A stretch of DNA of 64,000 nucleotides from Patellaria atrata CBS 101060 (GCA_010093705.1 MU006097.1:445905-509904), one strand, 5' to 3'; shown: positions 22,210-36,248, counted from the first letter of the stretch. Translations and numbers: made by a program. The notes: generated from the sequence alone by a model not told the origin.

Positions 22210-25200
22210 TTACCGTCCTGCACACCTCCCCCACGCGTCTCTCAGTTCCTCAAACACATTTTCTTGGCCCCTTCTATCTTTGGCCGCGCAGTGAATGGCA
22301 CCGCCTTCCCAGAAGTCCAGGATGACGCTGTGAGGTAGTTCTGCGCTATCTTGGTCTGGGCAATAAGGAGCCCGAAAGTCTTGGAGGGGGAAGCGTTTGG
22401 GGACACGAGGGTACTGTTATTGATGAGAGTGAGCGGGATATCATTTCCAGTTTGTACCCTAGAAGGGAAGGAGCGGGGACTAACCTCATGAGAGTGCGTA
22501 GAAGGGGTGAACACGATATTCCCCTGCGTGTCGATCTCCACAGTGCGGTATTTCCATAACTACTCAACATTAATCCGAGTTCTCACCAAAGAAAGAATTA
22601 CACCAGGCGGTAATAATCATAAATAACTTACCAAAGCATCAGGAAACTGCACGTTCAACTCCCCTAACACCACACCCATTACAACTGGCGGTGGCGGCTC
22701 ATAAACAGACGACAGTCTCGCAGACTTATATTCATCCTTCTCTTTACTAGGACTAAGTACTTGCGCTAAACTCTTCCCAGGGCGCGATAGTGAGCTGGAC
22801 ATGCGTTTTAGGATACGACTTGTCTTTTTCGAGCGTGATTCACGCTTCTCCTCTCTCATATCATCCGACGCGATACTCGAGGAGGACATACTCCTTGGGA
22901 TGGGAGACGTTCTCGCATCGCTTCCCCTCCGACCAAAGTTTCGCCAACTTGACTCTGATGATGTACGAGGGAGATTTGTAGAAGATGCATTACGAGAGTG
23001 AACGGAGGGAGGGAAGGATGGAGATACCGGATCCGCTGATTTCACAGGGCTCAGCTTTACTGGACTTTTTGGACTTTTTGTAGCCGACTGTGGGGGACTT
23101 AAGGCGCTAGCATTTTCTCGATTGATGATGATTTCGCTAGGATGTAATTCTAAGGGTGTAGATTCAGTGGGCATGGTCAATATTGGGCGTTCTGCTCGGC
23201 CGTCTCTATGGATACGGGCAGTTACCGATATTGATTGGCGCTTCTCAGCTTTCGTAGGAGTCTTATGGGGAGGTGGCCCGACGTCATGCACCGTAGTAGT
23301 GATTTTTTGAAGTGGTGGTCTCTCCGTACCTGGAGATGGTATTTTGGGCTGAAATGCGGAGATAGAGCTTAGATTCAATTTTTTGGTCTCCTTATCCGAT
23401 GACGCGGGTCGGGAAGCCGGATTCTGAAAGGATGATTTCCGCATGGAGACAATAGAACCAGATCTCCCTGGCACCGCAGAGGGTGCTAAGGATATTGTTG
23501 AATCTCTTTTTGAGGATGAATTCTGGTTAAGTGCTTGTATCCTTTGGAAGATGCTTGAAGAAACCTTTCCTTTCTTTGAAACTTTAAGACTTTCCTGGGA
23601 GGAAGTAACAGGAGATCGATTGTCAGATGAGGGTGATCGATTAGGAGATGCTGAATTAGGGGTAATTGGTGAGTATCCATGGCTTGAAGTTGGCTTTTGC
23701 GCTATGGAAGCAGCCGACATTTTTCTCCCAGGGAAGAAGGGGGTGATAGGAGATTTAGAGACAGACATAGGCATAGCTTCTTGTACTTGAGCTGTTTCTA
23801 GTTCGTCCATGAGAGAATTATCATCTGAGTCTGCCTCTGAAACATCTCCAGGAATGATTTGAATCGGTTGTACCATTGCCTTTCGTTTCTCTTTCAAGTC
23901 AGTCGTAGAGTTCGAAGTTGACAGCTTCTGCGCAATATCATCTGCCTCTGAATGGGGACTTGGACTGGCTTGCGTATGGGAAATGATCTCCGTCTGCCCC
24001 GTCACCGTAGGAGAGCTCCCTTGAGATTGATCCTCGACTTGTGGTCCTTCGGCCGCTGACGTCCTGCGAATCTCTGGGATCTCTAACTTGGGTGATTCAC
24101 TTTGATTCTCAATTTGCTTTTCCGTCGCACCCTCGCTCGGAGAATCCTCATCACCATTGTCTATCTCTCCTTCTGCAGCCTGGAACTCTTGATTTTCAAG
24201 ATTATGTTTTACCTCTTCCTCGCCGTCTACATCAACAATTATTTGCTCAGCTCGTGCATCGTCTCTAAATTTATCTTGGTCAGGATGTTCTTCCATTGAC
24301 AGGACAGAATCCTCTTTCACGCCATTATCGTCACCATGAGTTTCTGATACTGACGACGGCGGGGTCGAAGCCGGAATGGACGGTTCCCGTGTGGATGTGG
24401 GTGAGGTAGCTGTAATCTCCTTCGCCTCTGATTCTTCCACGGCATGCGATGCTTTAGGATCTTCTGTCACCGGTTTCTCTGCTACGGGTTCCTCCGGTAA
24501 AGGAGGTTCCTCAGCCTGATGTGCTTTCCGCTTATTCCTCATCTCCAGTGCTTTCTGGAGCCTTAATTTTTCGGGTGTAAGACCGGGTGGTTTTGGTATA
24601 CTAGTGGGAAGCGATTTGCTAGTGCCAGGACGCGTAGGAGTCCTACTATTGTATGCTGACGGTCTTTCAGATACTTGCGGTATAGGAGGCGGTGGGGGTA
24701 AAATGAGTGTTGGGACGTTTGGTGGGTTCTCCTTCTTTAGTGTCGGTGCTATAGTCCTGCGTTGCTTTGCGCGCAGTGCGGCTGGTAGACTTGAGACGGG
24801 ACGACGTTCCTTCGCAGATGATCCACCCGAGGTCGCTGGTCTGCGGTTGTCAAGGGATGGTCGAGGCCCTAGCTTCACCTTGGGTTTCAAGAAGTCATGG
24901 TATAGATTGTCATATAACTCGTTCGTAGTAGGTCGAAGGGTCTGTGATGAATGTCTGCGATCGTCGTCCACATCCGTCAGGAAATCGTATCTGCCGTAGT
25001 CGGTAGTGAAAGTTGCTACACCGTTAACTGAGAGCTGTGATACAGAGGTCTTTGCTCTCAACAAGGGAGGAGCAGATGAGTCTTCCGGGGAGATTGGGGT
25101 AACGGTAGCGTCTGGTATAGTATCGGGTCCACTGTTGACGGCAGGAGCTGGTGAGCTAGTGGTCAAAGGAAGGTCCGCTTTCGCCGTTGATGTAGCGTCT

Positions 25201-25860
25201 GCTTTGCTATCTTGTCCTTCTTCTTCTCCTTCTTCTTCTTCTTCTTCGTCCTCCGAGATCCCATCAAGTTTATGCTTACTGTTGGACGAGGAAGAGCTCG
25301 AGGTAGTTGCAGTATGAAGTGAACATGCAGCAGCGAGTACGGTATCGTTAAGTTCCTCTGCGGTGCTAATCTGAAGGACGGTATCGTGGGGAGAGAATTT
25401 CTCAGTGATCTCCTGGAAGTGGACAGTCACTCGAGCTGTATCACCAAACAAGTTAGCTTATTCAAAGATCATGTCCCAATTTCTTTTGGCCGGAAGGACG
25501 ATATTGAAGTTCCAAGACATACCCTGAACAAGCCTCGATGTTCCCTCCGGTAAATATTTGACGAGGACCTTCCGGCGACGATACAGCAAGAAACAATACA
25601 AAGGTGACTTATCCTCGTACTGGGCAATAGCACCACGAGCTTCTACAACACCTCCGGCTCCGTGGGAAAGAATTTCTACAGCGTCTCTAGAGATGTACTT
25701 GAGAAGAAACCTATAGAAACACTAGTCAGCGGATCCCTGTCCATAAAGGGGGGTATCCAGTTATTCGCAATTCGGTGGAGACTCACCATCCTCCTGCTTC
25801 GGTCAAAGAGGACTGATATGCGTCCGACACAGCGCCGTCATCGAGCCCGTTCAGGGACAT
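22210..25860 (-). CDS. Conserved fungal protein with N-terminal ADF-H (cofilin-like) domain, long Ser/Pro-rich disordered middle and C-terminal PH-like domain
   Basis: Spliced start MSLNGLDD...EAGGWFLLKYISRDAVE...SPLYCFLLYRRRKVLVKYLPEGTSRLVQARVTVHF. Long exon ~25437-22632. End NVQFPDALLWKYR..EIDTQGNIVF...DFRAPYCPDQD..ELPHSVILDF, with stop TAA at 22212-22210. Confidence 0.82.
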
Positions 25861-26934
25861 TGCGATGCGGTTGAGAGACCAGACGACGCTGCCACGGTCC
25901 TAGAAATCTCTTTCCCTTCGGGATTTGTGAACTCAAGAGAGCGATATATTGGAAAGGGACCGAGCGCTGCTGTGATCAGGGGGTGGTTCTAGTCCTAGGG
26001 TGCGCCACCGATTGGTTCGAATTGGTTTCAAGAAGCATTATTGACATTCGACATGTAGTGAGCGGAACGTAGGTCGGACTGCATTGGCATAAAGCTGAAT
26101 ATTGAAGATGTAGTGAAGAAGACACAATTGAAAAGAATGCAGAAGAGAGGGGGATGGAGTAAGTAGAAGAATTGGATGTTGGTGGTGGTTGTGTGTAGTG
26201 GTGGAGGATCGATTCGCGGAGCGGGTTTCAGAACAGCTTGACCTCCTCTGGACCCTGGAAGCCCAGTAGAAAAAAACGGTGGCTAATAGGACGAATACAA
26301 GAATTACTCGCAATTGACTTTCTCCTAAACTGTCCTTGGTGCGTATGCATGTCACTCAATAGAGTCTCTAACCGGCGCAGATGAACTGATTTCTCAAGTC
26401 TCTTCAGCATCATCCTGAACAGATCGTTTGTACTGTAGGCGCGCGAGAGTGTGCCCTTCGATCCAGGCCTCCAAAACATCCTTTTGAGTTCATAAGAGCT
26501 GACGATGATTTCAGACACTTCGAGTCCAAAAACGTGTACGACGTAAGACGACATTATCGCTATCGGTTTACAACTTACAACGGCTTATCCTTGCGGTTGA
26601 CAGTTTGCGGGCATGATTCTAAAACTCACCACCACAAGACGATATGGTAAACACGACGAGGATAAAAGAAGCATATGAAAATGCAGGAACAGCGTAGTAT
26701 ATCTACTGTATCTATAGGATTGAAGTAGTCCATTACAGCAGTGTCCTGACACCCTGCACGCAAAGCCGCCCTTCTAATCTCCTGCAGTAGTCCTAACCCC
26801 TCCGCTACAAAAGGGAAACGAGCATCATCGTGCATCATACCTACCTTACCTTACTCCACCACATCACCCCAATCCTCCTACCTGACCATCAAACCCAAGA
26901 ATCCAACCAGCCCTCCACAACAAGCATAACAACA

Positions 26935-27707
26935 ATGTCCTCCCTCCAACAGACCCCCCACCAATCCGCCGGCACAATTCCCCTCCACACCCCCCTTCTC
27001 CCCCCTCTCCCCTCCCTCCCCGCCTCCTCAACCTCCATCCGCGCCTCCCTCCTCGACGCCCTCTTCGAGCCCTGCACGCAACTGCACACCCTCTCCCTCC
27101 CACTCCTCTCCAGCACCGCATTCCCCTCCTACCCGGCTCTAATCGACGGCATACGAAGCCAACTGCAAACCCTACAAACTTCCTCCTCGACTTCCGACAC
27201 AGAATGGCTCGACAAGATCCTAGCCGCGCACCCGAGACTGGGCGAGAAGAAAGTAGACAGCGCGCAGAGCAGGGCCGAACAGGCGGCTATGGAAGCCGCG
27301 TCGGGAGGGGAAGGGGGGAAGGAGGAGGAGGCCAGGGCGTTGAGGGCGCTGAATGAGGAGTATGAGAGGACGTTTCCGGGGTTGAGATATGTGTACGTCT
27401 GTTTGAATGTCCCGGGTGGTTAGAAGGGAGGAGTCGAGTTACTTACTGATTGAGCTATTGTGAATAGGGTGTTTGTCAATGGACGTAGTCGGGCGGTTGT
27501 GATGGACGATATGAGGAAGAGGATTGAGAGGGGAGATCTTGATGCCGAGAGGAAGGAGGCGATTGAGGTAGGTCATGTTATACCGCTATCATGGAATAAT
27601 ATATGGGGACAATGAGGCTAATGATTTGGGGATAGGCTATGTGCGACATTGCGAAGGATCGGGCGAAGAAGTTTGAAGCGACGGCAGAAATGAATACGAG
27701 CGCGTAG
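26935..27707 (+). CDS. OHCU decarboxylase (urate catabolism)
   Basis: LDALFEP...ILAAHPRLGEKKVDSAQSRAEQ...LNEEYERTFPGLRYV|VFVNGRSR...EAIE|AMCDIAKDRA; two GT-AG introns near the 3' end. Confidence 0.9.
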
Positions 27708-28069
27708 AGTGAAATTGAGCATTCGATAATGGGCCAGGAGAAAACAAAAGCGAAGGATGGCCTACGCTTTGTTAAGATCAGCTTATTTGACGACAAACCT
27801 AAAGCATCGCATTCTGCACGGACCCACGATACTTGCTCTACGGTAGAAAGTCACCAAGAGTGTATATGATATATCTGAAGCAATATTCCGTTAGGTTTCT
27901 GGTACCCTATATGCTATAATTGATGTAAGTAATCTCGATAAAAACTACACCTTCGTAGTATTATCCTCCCAAAAATATGAATAAGACCCAATTCGACCAG
28001 ACCTTCCGTTCCCAGATGCAGTTTTAGGCTCACGCTATGCAAAATCTCACGAACATCACTTCCTTTTCC

Positions 28070-29131
28070 TCACCCAAAATTAACGAAGAGCACTTCCCTC
28101 CGTCTCTCCGCCTCCTTCTTCATTTCCTGAAACCTGTCTCGCTCCAGATTCCCGACCTGGTGCTTTCTCGCCATCGGCGGCGGCGGCGGAACCTCCGCGC
28201 CCAACGACATCCCGATCCTTGGGGCCGCCAGCTCCGTAACTCCAAACGCATCGATATCATCGTAATCGCCAATGACACTCTGTGTAGGTTCTAAGCGAGG
28301 GCAAAAATCGCCATACACAAGCCCAGGCCCACTATCTCTCCTCTGCCTTGCCTCCTTTTCCCCGCCTTCCGCATCCACATTAACCTCCTCTACAGCAGTC
28401 GTATCGGTTTCTTCTTCGGCTCCGCTAGCAACGGTACTCCAATCCGCCCCACCGGCTTCCTCATCCCAGTCCGCCTCATCATCAAAGGCGTCATAATTGC
28501 TCAAACCGAGCGGACTCGGCGGGAGGGGCGCAAAATCCCTCCCGCCGCATTTGCTCTGGCTAACACCTGGTAAGTGCCTCTTCCTGCACTCGCGATCCGG
28601 ATCAGCATCGCACCATTCCTCGGCAAAGCGCGCATTCGGGGAGCCATACAGAAACGTTAGTCGCGCCATCTCCAGCGCTTGATTAGACAGCAAATTTCCT
28701 TCCTCCAGTCTCCTCCTGCGGAAGCGATTCAGGATGGCGGCTTTGCGGAGCAGGTTACGACCCAGGGCCCGCTGTTTTGCCCAGACGGCGATCTTGGAGC
28801 GGCCACGGTCAACGATGTGCGTGGGAGGTGCGGAGAAGGGGAGGGAGAGGCGAGATGTGATGAGGAGGAGGCGTAGACGGCGCTTCTTTTTGCAACCGGC
28901 GGAGGAGTTTTCGCCGTCGACGTCTGTGAGGGGCCGGGTACGTTTATGAGGACCGCGAGGACGGGGCGGGGGAGGGAAGGTGAGTTTTGAAGCGAGGGGG
29001 AGGGGTCCGGCGGTGAAGGTGAAGACATCGGAAAGGGGTGAGGGTGGCATCTTCAGTGTTGGATGCATTGTTGGTCGTGTTATGCGGTGGCATTGGACGG
29101 GCATGCACATTGCGGTAGGGAGAGAAACCAT
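28070..29131 (-). CDS. Conserved fungal hypothetical protein with basic NLS-like motif
   Basis: 353-aa ORF containing KKKRRLRLLLITSRLSLPFSAPPTHIV..G.SKIAVWAKQ, LRKAAILNR and PLPPSPLGLSNYDAFD. Start codon uncertain. Confidence 0.75.
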   Translation of the reverse strand: MVSLPTAMCMPVQCHRITRPTMHPTLKMPPSPLSDVFTFTAGPLPLASKLTFPPPPRPRGPHKRTRPLTDVDGENSSAGCKKKRRLRLLLITSRLSLPFSAPPTHIVDRGRSKIAVWAKQRALGRNLLRKAAILNRFRRRRLEEGNLLSNQALEMARLTFLYGSPNARFAEEWCDADPDRECRKRHLPGVSQSKCGGRDFAPLPPSPLGLSNYDAFDDEADWDEEAGGADWSTVASGAEEETDTTAVEEVNVDAEGGEKEARQRRDSGPGLVYGDFCPRLEPTQSVIGDYDDIDAFGVTELAAPRIGMSLGAEVPPPPPMARKHQVGNLERDRFQEMKKEAERRREVLFVNFG

Positions 29132-29573
29132 GGGATCGTTGGCATCGCCGAGGGTTTTATTTGACGTCCGGAGTCCAGTTCCCGGTCCTGAGGAGGCGAA
29201 AGAGAAGCACTAAGACCTTGCGCTGGGGCTGATTTTGAGTTTTTTTTGACAGGTGCCGATCCCGCGGAACGATCTTGATCTGAGAGCAAAGTTGTTACGA
29301 GAGATTTATTTCTCGAAGATCCAGTTTCAGGACGACCATAGGCTGCAAGGGGAACGTTATGAACCGTGTTGTCGGCTCTCCTGATTGTCGGAATGGAGGG
29401 GGAATTGCAAGGCAAGCCCAGATCGTCGGTACAGAAATAGGGCTGAAGCCAGGCCAAGCATAGTCTGGAATTAGAGCAAGCCTGGCGGAGATTAACTTAC
29501 GAATTAGGAGCAAACTGGAAGAGTTCTGGGTGCGAGGATTGAAAAAGAAAAGATAAGAGACAGGATGAAAGGT

Positions 29574-29624
29574 GGGAGGATGGAGGAGGGAGGATGGAGG
29601 AGGGAGGAGGAGGAGGAGGAGGGG
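29574..29624. repeat. (GGA)n microsatellite, imperfect
   Basis: ggaggatggaggagggaggatggaggagggaggaggaggaggaggagggg upstream of the 28070-29131 gene. Confidence 0.85.
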
Positions 29625-32600
29625 AGAAGTGATGTGCACACGACCACTTTGAGTAGTGAGGTATAGGAGGAGTACTGTAACTCTGTAAGGTAGGCAACTT
29701 ACGTACTATAAGAAAGGCCCAGAAAGATGTGGCGTCGGACCAGGGTCTCCTTCGTCTAAGTGGAAAAAGATATTCGTCTCCCAGATTTTTCGTCTCGATC
29801 CGAGGCAGAGGTTCTACCCTTATGAACTGGCAGACACTCTCGTAAGTAGCCACAAGGTTTTACAACACAAGCTTTTTAGCTGAGTGGTCAGCGGTAATGT
29901 ATGCATTTAACTGTCTGTATACTTGTATGGTAGGGGCCTTGGAGGAGTTTTGAGAGGCTGTGTTTCTCGTCGATTCGTATAGAAGTGCATATACATGTGC
30001 AGTAACTTCGAGTTTAAAGTTTCCTTTTCCTTTTCCACCAGTTGACTGGCCGACCCGACGATACGGAAAAGGCGGAGAACCCAGGCGGCTGCATTATTTG
30101 GCGGGCAATCCGGGCATGCATGACTCTCGCAACACCCGTGTACCCTTGGACCCGACCAGTCGACCACGCCCTTTTTTTTTTGCCCTATTTCTTTTAGACT
30201 ACAGTACTCGCCGAACCCCTCCCCAGTTACCTTAGTAGTCCCCATCAAGTCTGAGCGACTTTTTATTTTTTTCAGCAGTTCAGATGACAGGGTGCTGGGG
30301 CTGGATTGGGGCCATGGCTCTGAAGGATTAACTTCAATTACGTCCCTCCAGGGTCTTGCCAGCAAACCAGTAGTCGTCTTGTCGGTCTATCAAAGCATCT
30401 CATATCGTCAATCTGATTTTTTGAACGCAAGGCTTACTTACAGTACCTACTTATCCCGGATTGTGAAGGTAAAAGGAGAAGAGCAAAGTTAATGTAAGAG
30501 AGATTAATAGACAAGAATTAAGACCCTGGATTATAGCATAGCTTCGTTAGTTTTGGACAAAAGTAGCGTAGCGAAAAGGAGACTTAAAAACAAGTGTGAA
30601 CTCGATTTACGGGAGGAGCCAGGGACGATGGGATCGTGAGGCGCCTCTGCAATCTTAGCTTTGGCTTGGAAAGGTAATTCAACCCCGGATCTTGAAGCCC
30701 GAGGAACAGTCCGAAGAGACGATGAAACCCATCAACGGGAAGGATTTTTCGTGCCACTCCTTTCTGCCTCCCCTGAGCCGTCTATGAAGTTAGGATGATA
30801 CAGTAGGATCCATCATGACCTGTCCTGCTGTCGTGCAAAAATCTTGTAGATCATAGCTGTTGCCTCCAGTTTTGATCAGAAAGTTGATGTTCTTCATCCA
30901 AGAAACCGGGGAAGATGAGTGTTGATCAGGGCAAGGCAAGGCTGCCAGGCGACATATCCTGAGATGGACATAGCATCGCTGATCGTCTTGGTGAGTAACA
31001 AAAACTTTCTTAAACGTTGTATGTCATAGTAGTAGTCATCTTCTTCAGGATTCAAGTTGGTAGTCTTTGTGTCCTTCCATCAGAGGTAACCTCACATTCA
31101 AAGGGGACAGAAAGGGGGAATCTTCTTTCTCTCCTACCCCAGATTGGTCCATAGGGCTGTAGTACCATCTGGACCACTAACGCACGCCCCATGATGGTGT
31201 AGCCACACCTAGACCGATAAAATTTTTCTTAATCCTGTAACTGTTACGAAATGTCGCGCACTCTGTTGCAACCTCTCACGGAATGGAATAATAATTCTAA
31301 GAGCCTTGGGCACAATAGGCAGCTACGGCAAATTCTATCCATTAGCTGAACTTCCCAATCCTCTTCTTCGGCCGGCTAGGATAGAGCCTCTGGACCGCGG
31401 CGGAACAAGGGGGATTTCGCCATGCGCCGAAGCGTGACACGATGGTGATGTGCTGTGCTTGATGCAAAGATTATCGAAAGTTTGAAGGTACAGGTACAAA
31501 GCTGTTCTTGCTCCAGTCGACGTGAAGCTCGTGACCGCTGTGCGTATTGGGCTGCCACTAAGTTTGACGGGTTGGGTAAGCCATCGATGCTGTTGCGTTA
31601 TAATGGTTACTTCCGAATATTGATCTGACACTCCCCCTACGCGCGTAGTCTGCTGTACGTGATGTGTCTACTCATACATAGAGCATACTGTGCCCAGCTC
31701 AGCACATCTCAAATGTTGGATCGTGCGCTGACTCCTCACCGTCGAGGCCCTAAACTTGCCAATTGCGGTCATACAATCGCAATAAAGCCTCGAATAACAT
31801 GGTGTTTGATATGCAGTGCTTCATGTTGGTCGTTACTCAGCATATCAGCGATAAAGTGAGGGGAAAGACCAAAATAGACACAAGGCCAGGAAAACCTTGG
31901 AGCCGTGAAGGAAGTCGGAGACGTATCCCCGGATCATGGGTATTAAAATAATAAAACTCATTCTATCGCGTTCAGAGCCTTGAGGTTGGCGCGCTTCCAG
32001 TCTCGGACGTTCCGTAACCGTCAAGTCGTCAAGTGGAGCGAGAGCAGTAAACTTGTGGCGTGAGTAAGCAGAGATATGACAGCCAGTCATATTGAATATA
32101 TTTATTAGTATCTGAAAAGCTGTGGTTCGAGGCTGAATCGATTGCTTTTGCCTCAATGTAAATTATGTAGATCGTTGAAGTTGTTGTCTCGAAAAGAATT
32201 CGGCCTTTAGGAGATTGCCTCGGTACTGTACAGCTACATATAACCTAATGGTACTTCTCTGACCTTTCTCTACAATTAATTACTTCGGGAGCATAGCACC
32301 TGAAAGTGTTGTACAATGCTCATTTGATACTGTATACGATAAAACGCTCTCGCCAGCGATTCTGCGCGAACTAGATCGGATCCACAGCTTAACCGTTGAA
32401 CGTAGGGAACTTCTGCATGTAATTTATCTATTACACTCCTCTCCACCGGAAGATAAACTACCTTACAGCAAACGCCATGCAGTCTTCCATGCTGTATCAA
32501 ACTCTAATAGAAAGCCAAAGCCTTGTGTTTCTCCGATATTTACTCGGTCAAGGCCACGCGATCATTGCTCCCTCGGAAGAACTAAGCAACGAACATGTAT

Positions 32601-32772
32601 AACACACTTCCATCCCAAAATTGCTATGCTGTAGACCTACCAGTAATTAAAGTTACCTTAACTCCCGCCCTTTCGCGTAGATCGAATTCTCGAAGGCGAC
32701 GTCAACAGGCTGATGTAGATAGAGGAAATTGCTCAGAAATAGACTCCACAAATGCTGATACCATAATTGACA

Positions 32773-33934
32773 TCATATCTTCTCGGGGATAGGTCTCGAA
32801 AGTACGCGATCTTCTAGTTTACGCATAAGCTTATTTGTCTGCTCCGCAAGACTAAGCGTCAAGATCTGTATCATACGCCGTTAGTTCTCTCTGTTCTGTT
32901 TCAATGTCTTCACATTTTGGTGAACCTACGGTATGGGGTAATATTCTGGCCAAGTGAGCGAAGAATCCTTTATACACTGCTAAAACTCCTTCCGTCTTGA
33001 CTGTACGGTAAAGACAATCGAACGCTCCACTGTAGAGGTTCCCCGTCTGGTTGTACATTCTGGACATTACCGTGTCCGGAGGATGCATAACGCAGCACAC
33101 AACAAAACCGCTAGCTGTGCTGCTTGCAAGATGCAGGGCGGGTCCCTCTTCCATCCCTAAATGCCTCACCAACCGCCGCTTCGCAAAGAAGTATGTGGGT
33201 AATTGTACGGAGCTTCCAAAACCAGTCCGGACCATCGCGGGACCAACACCGCGCCATAAACCCTTAACTCCCTCTTTGCTATGAATATCTCGAAGGCCAT
33301 ACCACGCATTTTTGTATTGATGCTGAGTGCCAACGGGAAGGAAAGGAGAATAAGATTGAAGGCGCGTTTTGACGAGGAAAAAAGGGGACCCAGCTACTGC
33401 ACCTAGGATACCTGATGCCGCTCCGGAAAAGACGTTGACTCCAAATGATTGCACGTTTGAATCCTTGAATATAGCTCCTGTGATAGTTTGCCGCACTGGT
33501 TCATAGAAACCTAACCTGCAGCCATTGAGGGTCATCTGATAGATATACTACGGATGAACCGGGGGTTAGTTTAAGATCATATCGCCCGGTCATTACTGTG
33601 CTTACCGCGCAACCTATTCCTCGTAACAGACCTTTCATTCCTTCATTTTTGTATATGACACGGACACCATGCAGGACCCCTTTGTATAGCCTTTCTGCTT
33701 CCTTTTTTGATTGGAGCTCGCCTTGGAGTTGTAATCTAATTGTAAGTGAGCCGCGATGTCACTGAATGATTCTGATTTCTAATGTGCACCTTATTTTTAC
33801 TGTTTCAAAACTGTGGGTTACCGTGACGGCTCCGCAAGCAGCAATGCCGCCTGCGACGAAAGCTCTACAGACTTGTTAGACATGTGTACAGTGCATATTC
33901 AACTACGGTGCGCGTACCCGAGTGTGGTAGACAT
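32773..33934 (-). CDS. oac1: Mitochondrial oxaloacetate/sulfate carrier
   Basis: Spliced MSTTLGAFVAGGIAACGAVTVTHSFETVKIR..., GSPFFLVKTRLQS, MHPPDTVMSRMYNQ, HLARILPHT|ILTLSLAEQ. Three mitochondrial-carrier repeats. Confidence 0.93.
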
Positions 33935-34520
33935 GATCTCTGATTTCACGGATTTCGTGGAAAGTATTCCCGTATTGTCCCCTAGCTAGAAGCTACTGCG
34001 ACATCTTTCGAGCTATACAGAGGCCGATGAGACGTATCGATTGGGGGTAGATTTTACTGTTGGTTCAGGGCTCAACGAAGGAATCGACCAAATATGAATG
34101 TCTAAGAGTTAAAAGCAGGCATACTTGCTGTTTTGAATTCCAAGTTTATTTAGACAATGGAAACATAAGATGCCCCGTAATCGGAGGTGAGGTTGACTTT
34201 TGCCGATAGTTATCGGCTACGGATGTCAGCGGCTGGGAAAGATCATCGCTGTGACGCGCTTGTACTTGTAGCAACAGTAAGGTACAGTACAGCACAAAAT
34301 AGACGATTATGGATTGGATAGATCGAGTAATCGCCGCCAAATCATGTGGTATACTCTTACATGGCTTGTGGTGAGCTTCGGCTGCTCAGTAAGGGAGCTC
34401 TTTACTGTAGACCGCTTATTTGCGACACCACCGAATATCGCAAGCAGCAGCGAAATCCTACACCTGAAGCATACTCGTTTACAAACACTACTAACTGCCT
34501 TCAACCTCAATTAATCCACC

Positions 34521-35714
34521 ATGGCTGCTGGAGATGGAACTCCCTCATCTCAAGCTCCCATACAACAGAGAGTCAGCGATGTAATTTCGTGCTTTAGACC
34601 ATGCAAAGTAAGCTCTTAGCTCGTATCCAATATAATATAAGGCTCAACCTCACCTCGTCTTGCTGTAGTCATTCAAACCAGAATCTGGTTCACCGTCCAT
34701 TACATCCCTTGATTTCGATGACACCGGAGAACTTGCCCTCGTAGCACGCGATGATGATACGCTCCAGATTTACAATTGTAAGGAAGGCAAACATGCAAAA
34801 GAGCTGAAGAGCCAAAAGTACGGCGTTCATCTAGCAAGGTTCTCTCACCATGCGCAGAGCATTATTTACGCTAGTACAAAGGTTGACGGTAAGAGCTACT
34901 ATTCTCCCGCTCACTTCTGAAGCTAACTCGAGTGTTTGTAGACGGCATACGTTATCTGTCATCCCACGATAACTCATACATTCGCTACTTTAAGGGCCAC
35001 ACCCAACCTGTAACCTGCATATCACTCTCACCCGCGTCGGATAACTTCCTTTCTTGTAGCGAAGACGGAACCGTTAAACTATGGGCGCTAAACTCTCAGA
35101 ACATTCAAGGTGAACTGAAGCTTCATTCTGCGTACCTCGCTGCTTATGATCCCTCCGCGACCGTCATTGCGATCGCGTCACCACCTACTCAATCGGTCTT
35201 ACTGTACGACATTCGTAATTATGACAAGCCGCCGTTCGCCTCGTTTGACTTAGCAGAGCTCGGAGAAAAATACTCACCAAAATCAAGGGGTCGTGATTGG
35301 ACGAGACTAGAGTTCTCCAACGACGGAAAGAGTTTGCTTTTGGGCACAAATGGCCCAGGTCATTTTATTTTAGACGCGTTTGACGGTGCATTAAAGCATT
35401 ACTGCGTTCGTCCATCTACTTCCAATAACCCCACAGGACGGAAAGCCCCAGGAGAGAGTGGTCCTGGGACAGTTAGCCAAGGCGACATATGTATCTCTCC
35501 AGATGGTCGATACGTCATTGGCGGTTCTGGAACAGATACTCTGGCCGTATGGGATATACAATCTCCAAGTAGTAGCGACAAGTGTTTAATACCTCAAACC
35601 GAGCTTCCGGGCATCGGTAGAGCCGCTATTGTCGGGTACAATCCAAGGAACAATTTGCTCTTGTCTGCTGATAAGAACTTACTCTTTTGGTTACCAGATA
35701 TGGAAGTCCTATGA
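34521..35714 (+). CDS. swd2: WD40 COMPASS/CPF subunit Swd2 (WDR82)
   Basis: Introns 34608-34668 and 34889-34941. ELKSQKYGVHLARFSH, IRYLSSHDNSYIRYFKGH, LYDIRNYDKPPF, LEFSNDGKSLLL and LDAFDG. Confidence 0.92.
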
Positions 35715-36248
35715 TATGGACTTCTTAATGAATCAGGGAGGATGTTAGTTTCAGGTGTTGGGACTTCCCTAAGAGCAGTTATATACCCTACATCGGATGG
35801 CGTTCATGGAACTTCTATCATCGTCCTCACGGTCGTCCCGACGAAACTTAATTGGTATGTTTCACGAGCATGAATTCATGTTTTCAATTAGCTGTCAAGG
35901 AATTAAATCCATGGATGGAATATAGCAAAACATTCACATCTAACTAAGGCCTTTTCTCCTGTTCTATGCCACTACCGTGAACCTAGAGTCTGTCCGGATT
36001 GCTGTTCAGGTAAACCGAGTATCATTTCTTATAAAGATGAAACAAAAAAGTACCTTCACCATGATCCTACCTGGACGCATGAGTACAAGCTTACAATTAC
36101 TCAAAATGGGTTTGCCGGGGTAATTCCGCTTCCCTGTCGAGAACCAAGCAATTATGCCCCTCCTAAATCGGACCACGTAGGTCTAAGCCCAGGTACTTTA
36201 ATGTTCTTCTGGTAGTAGTTATTGTACATCATTCCTACAAAATTACAT

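Noticed and set aside
26000..26035. GGTTCGAAT T-loop-like motif suggesting a tRNA
   Set aside because: No cloverleaf stems or properly spaced A box could be built.
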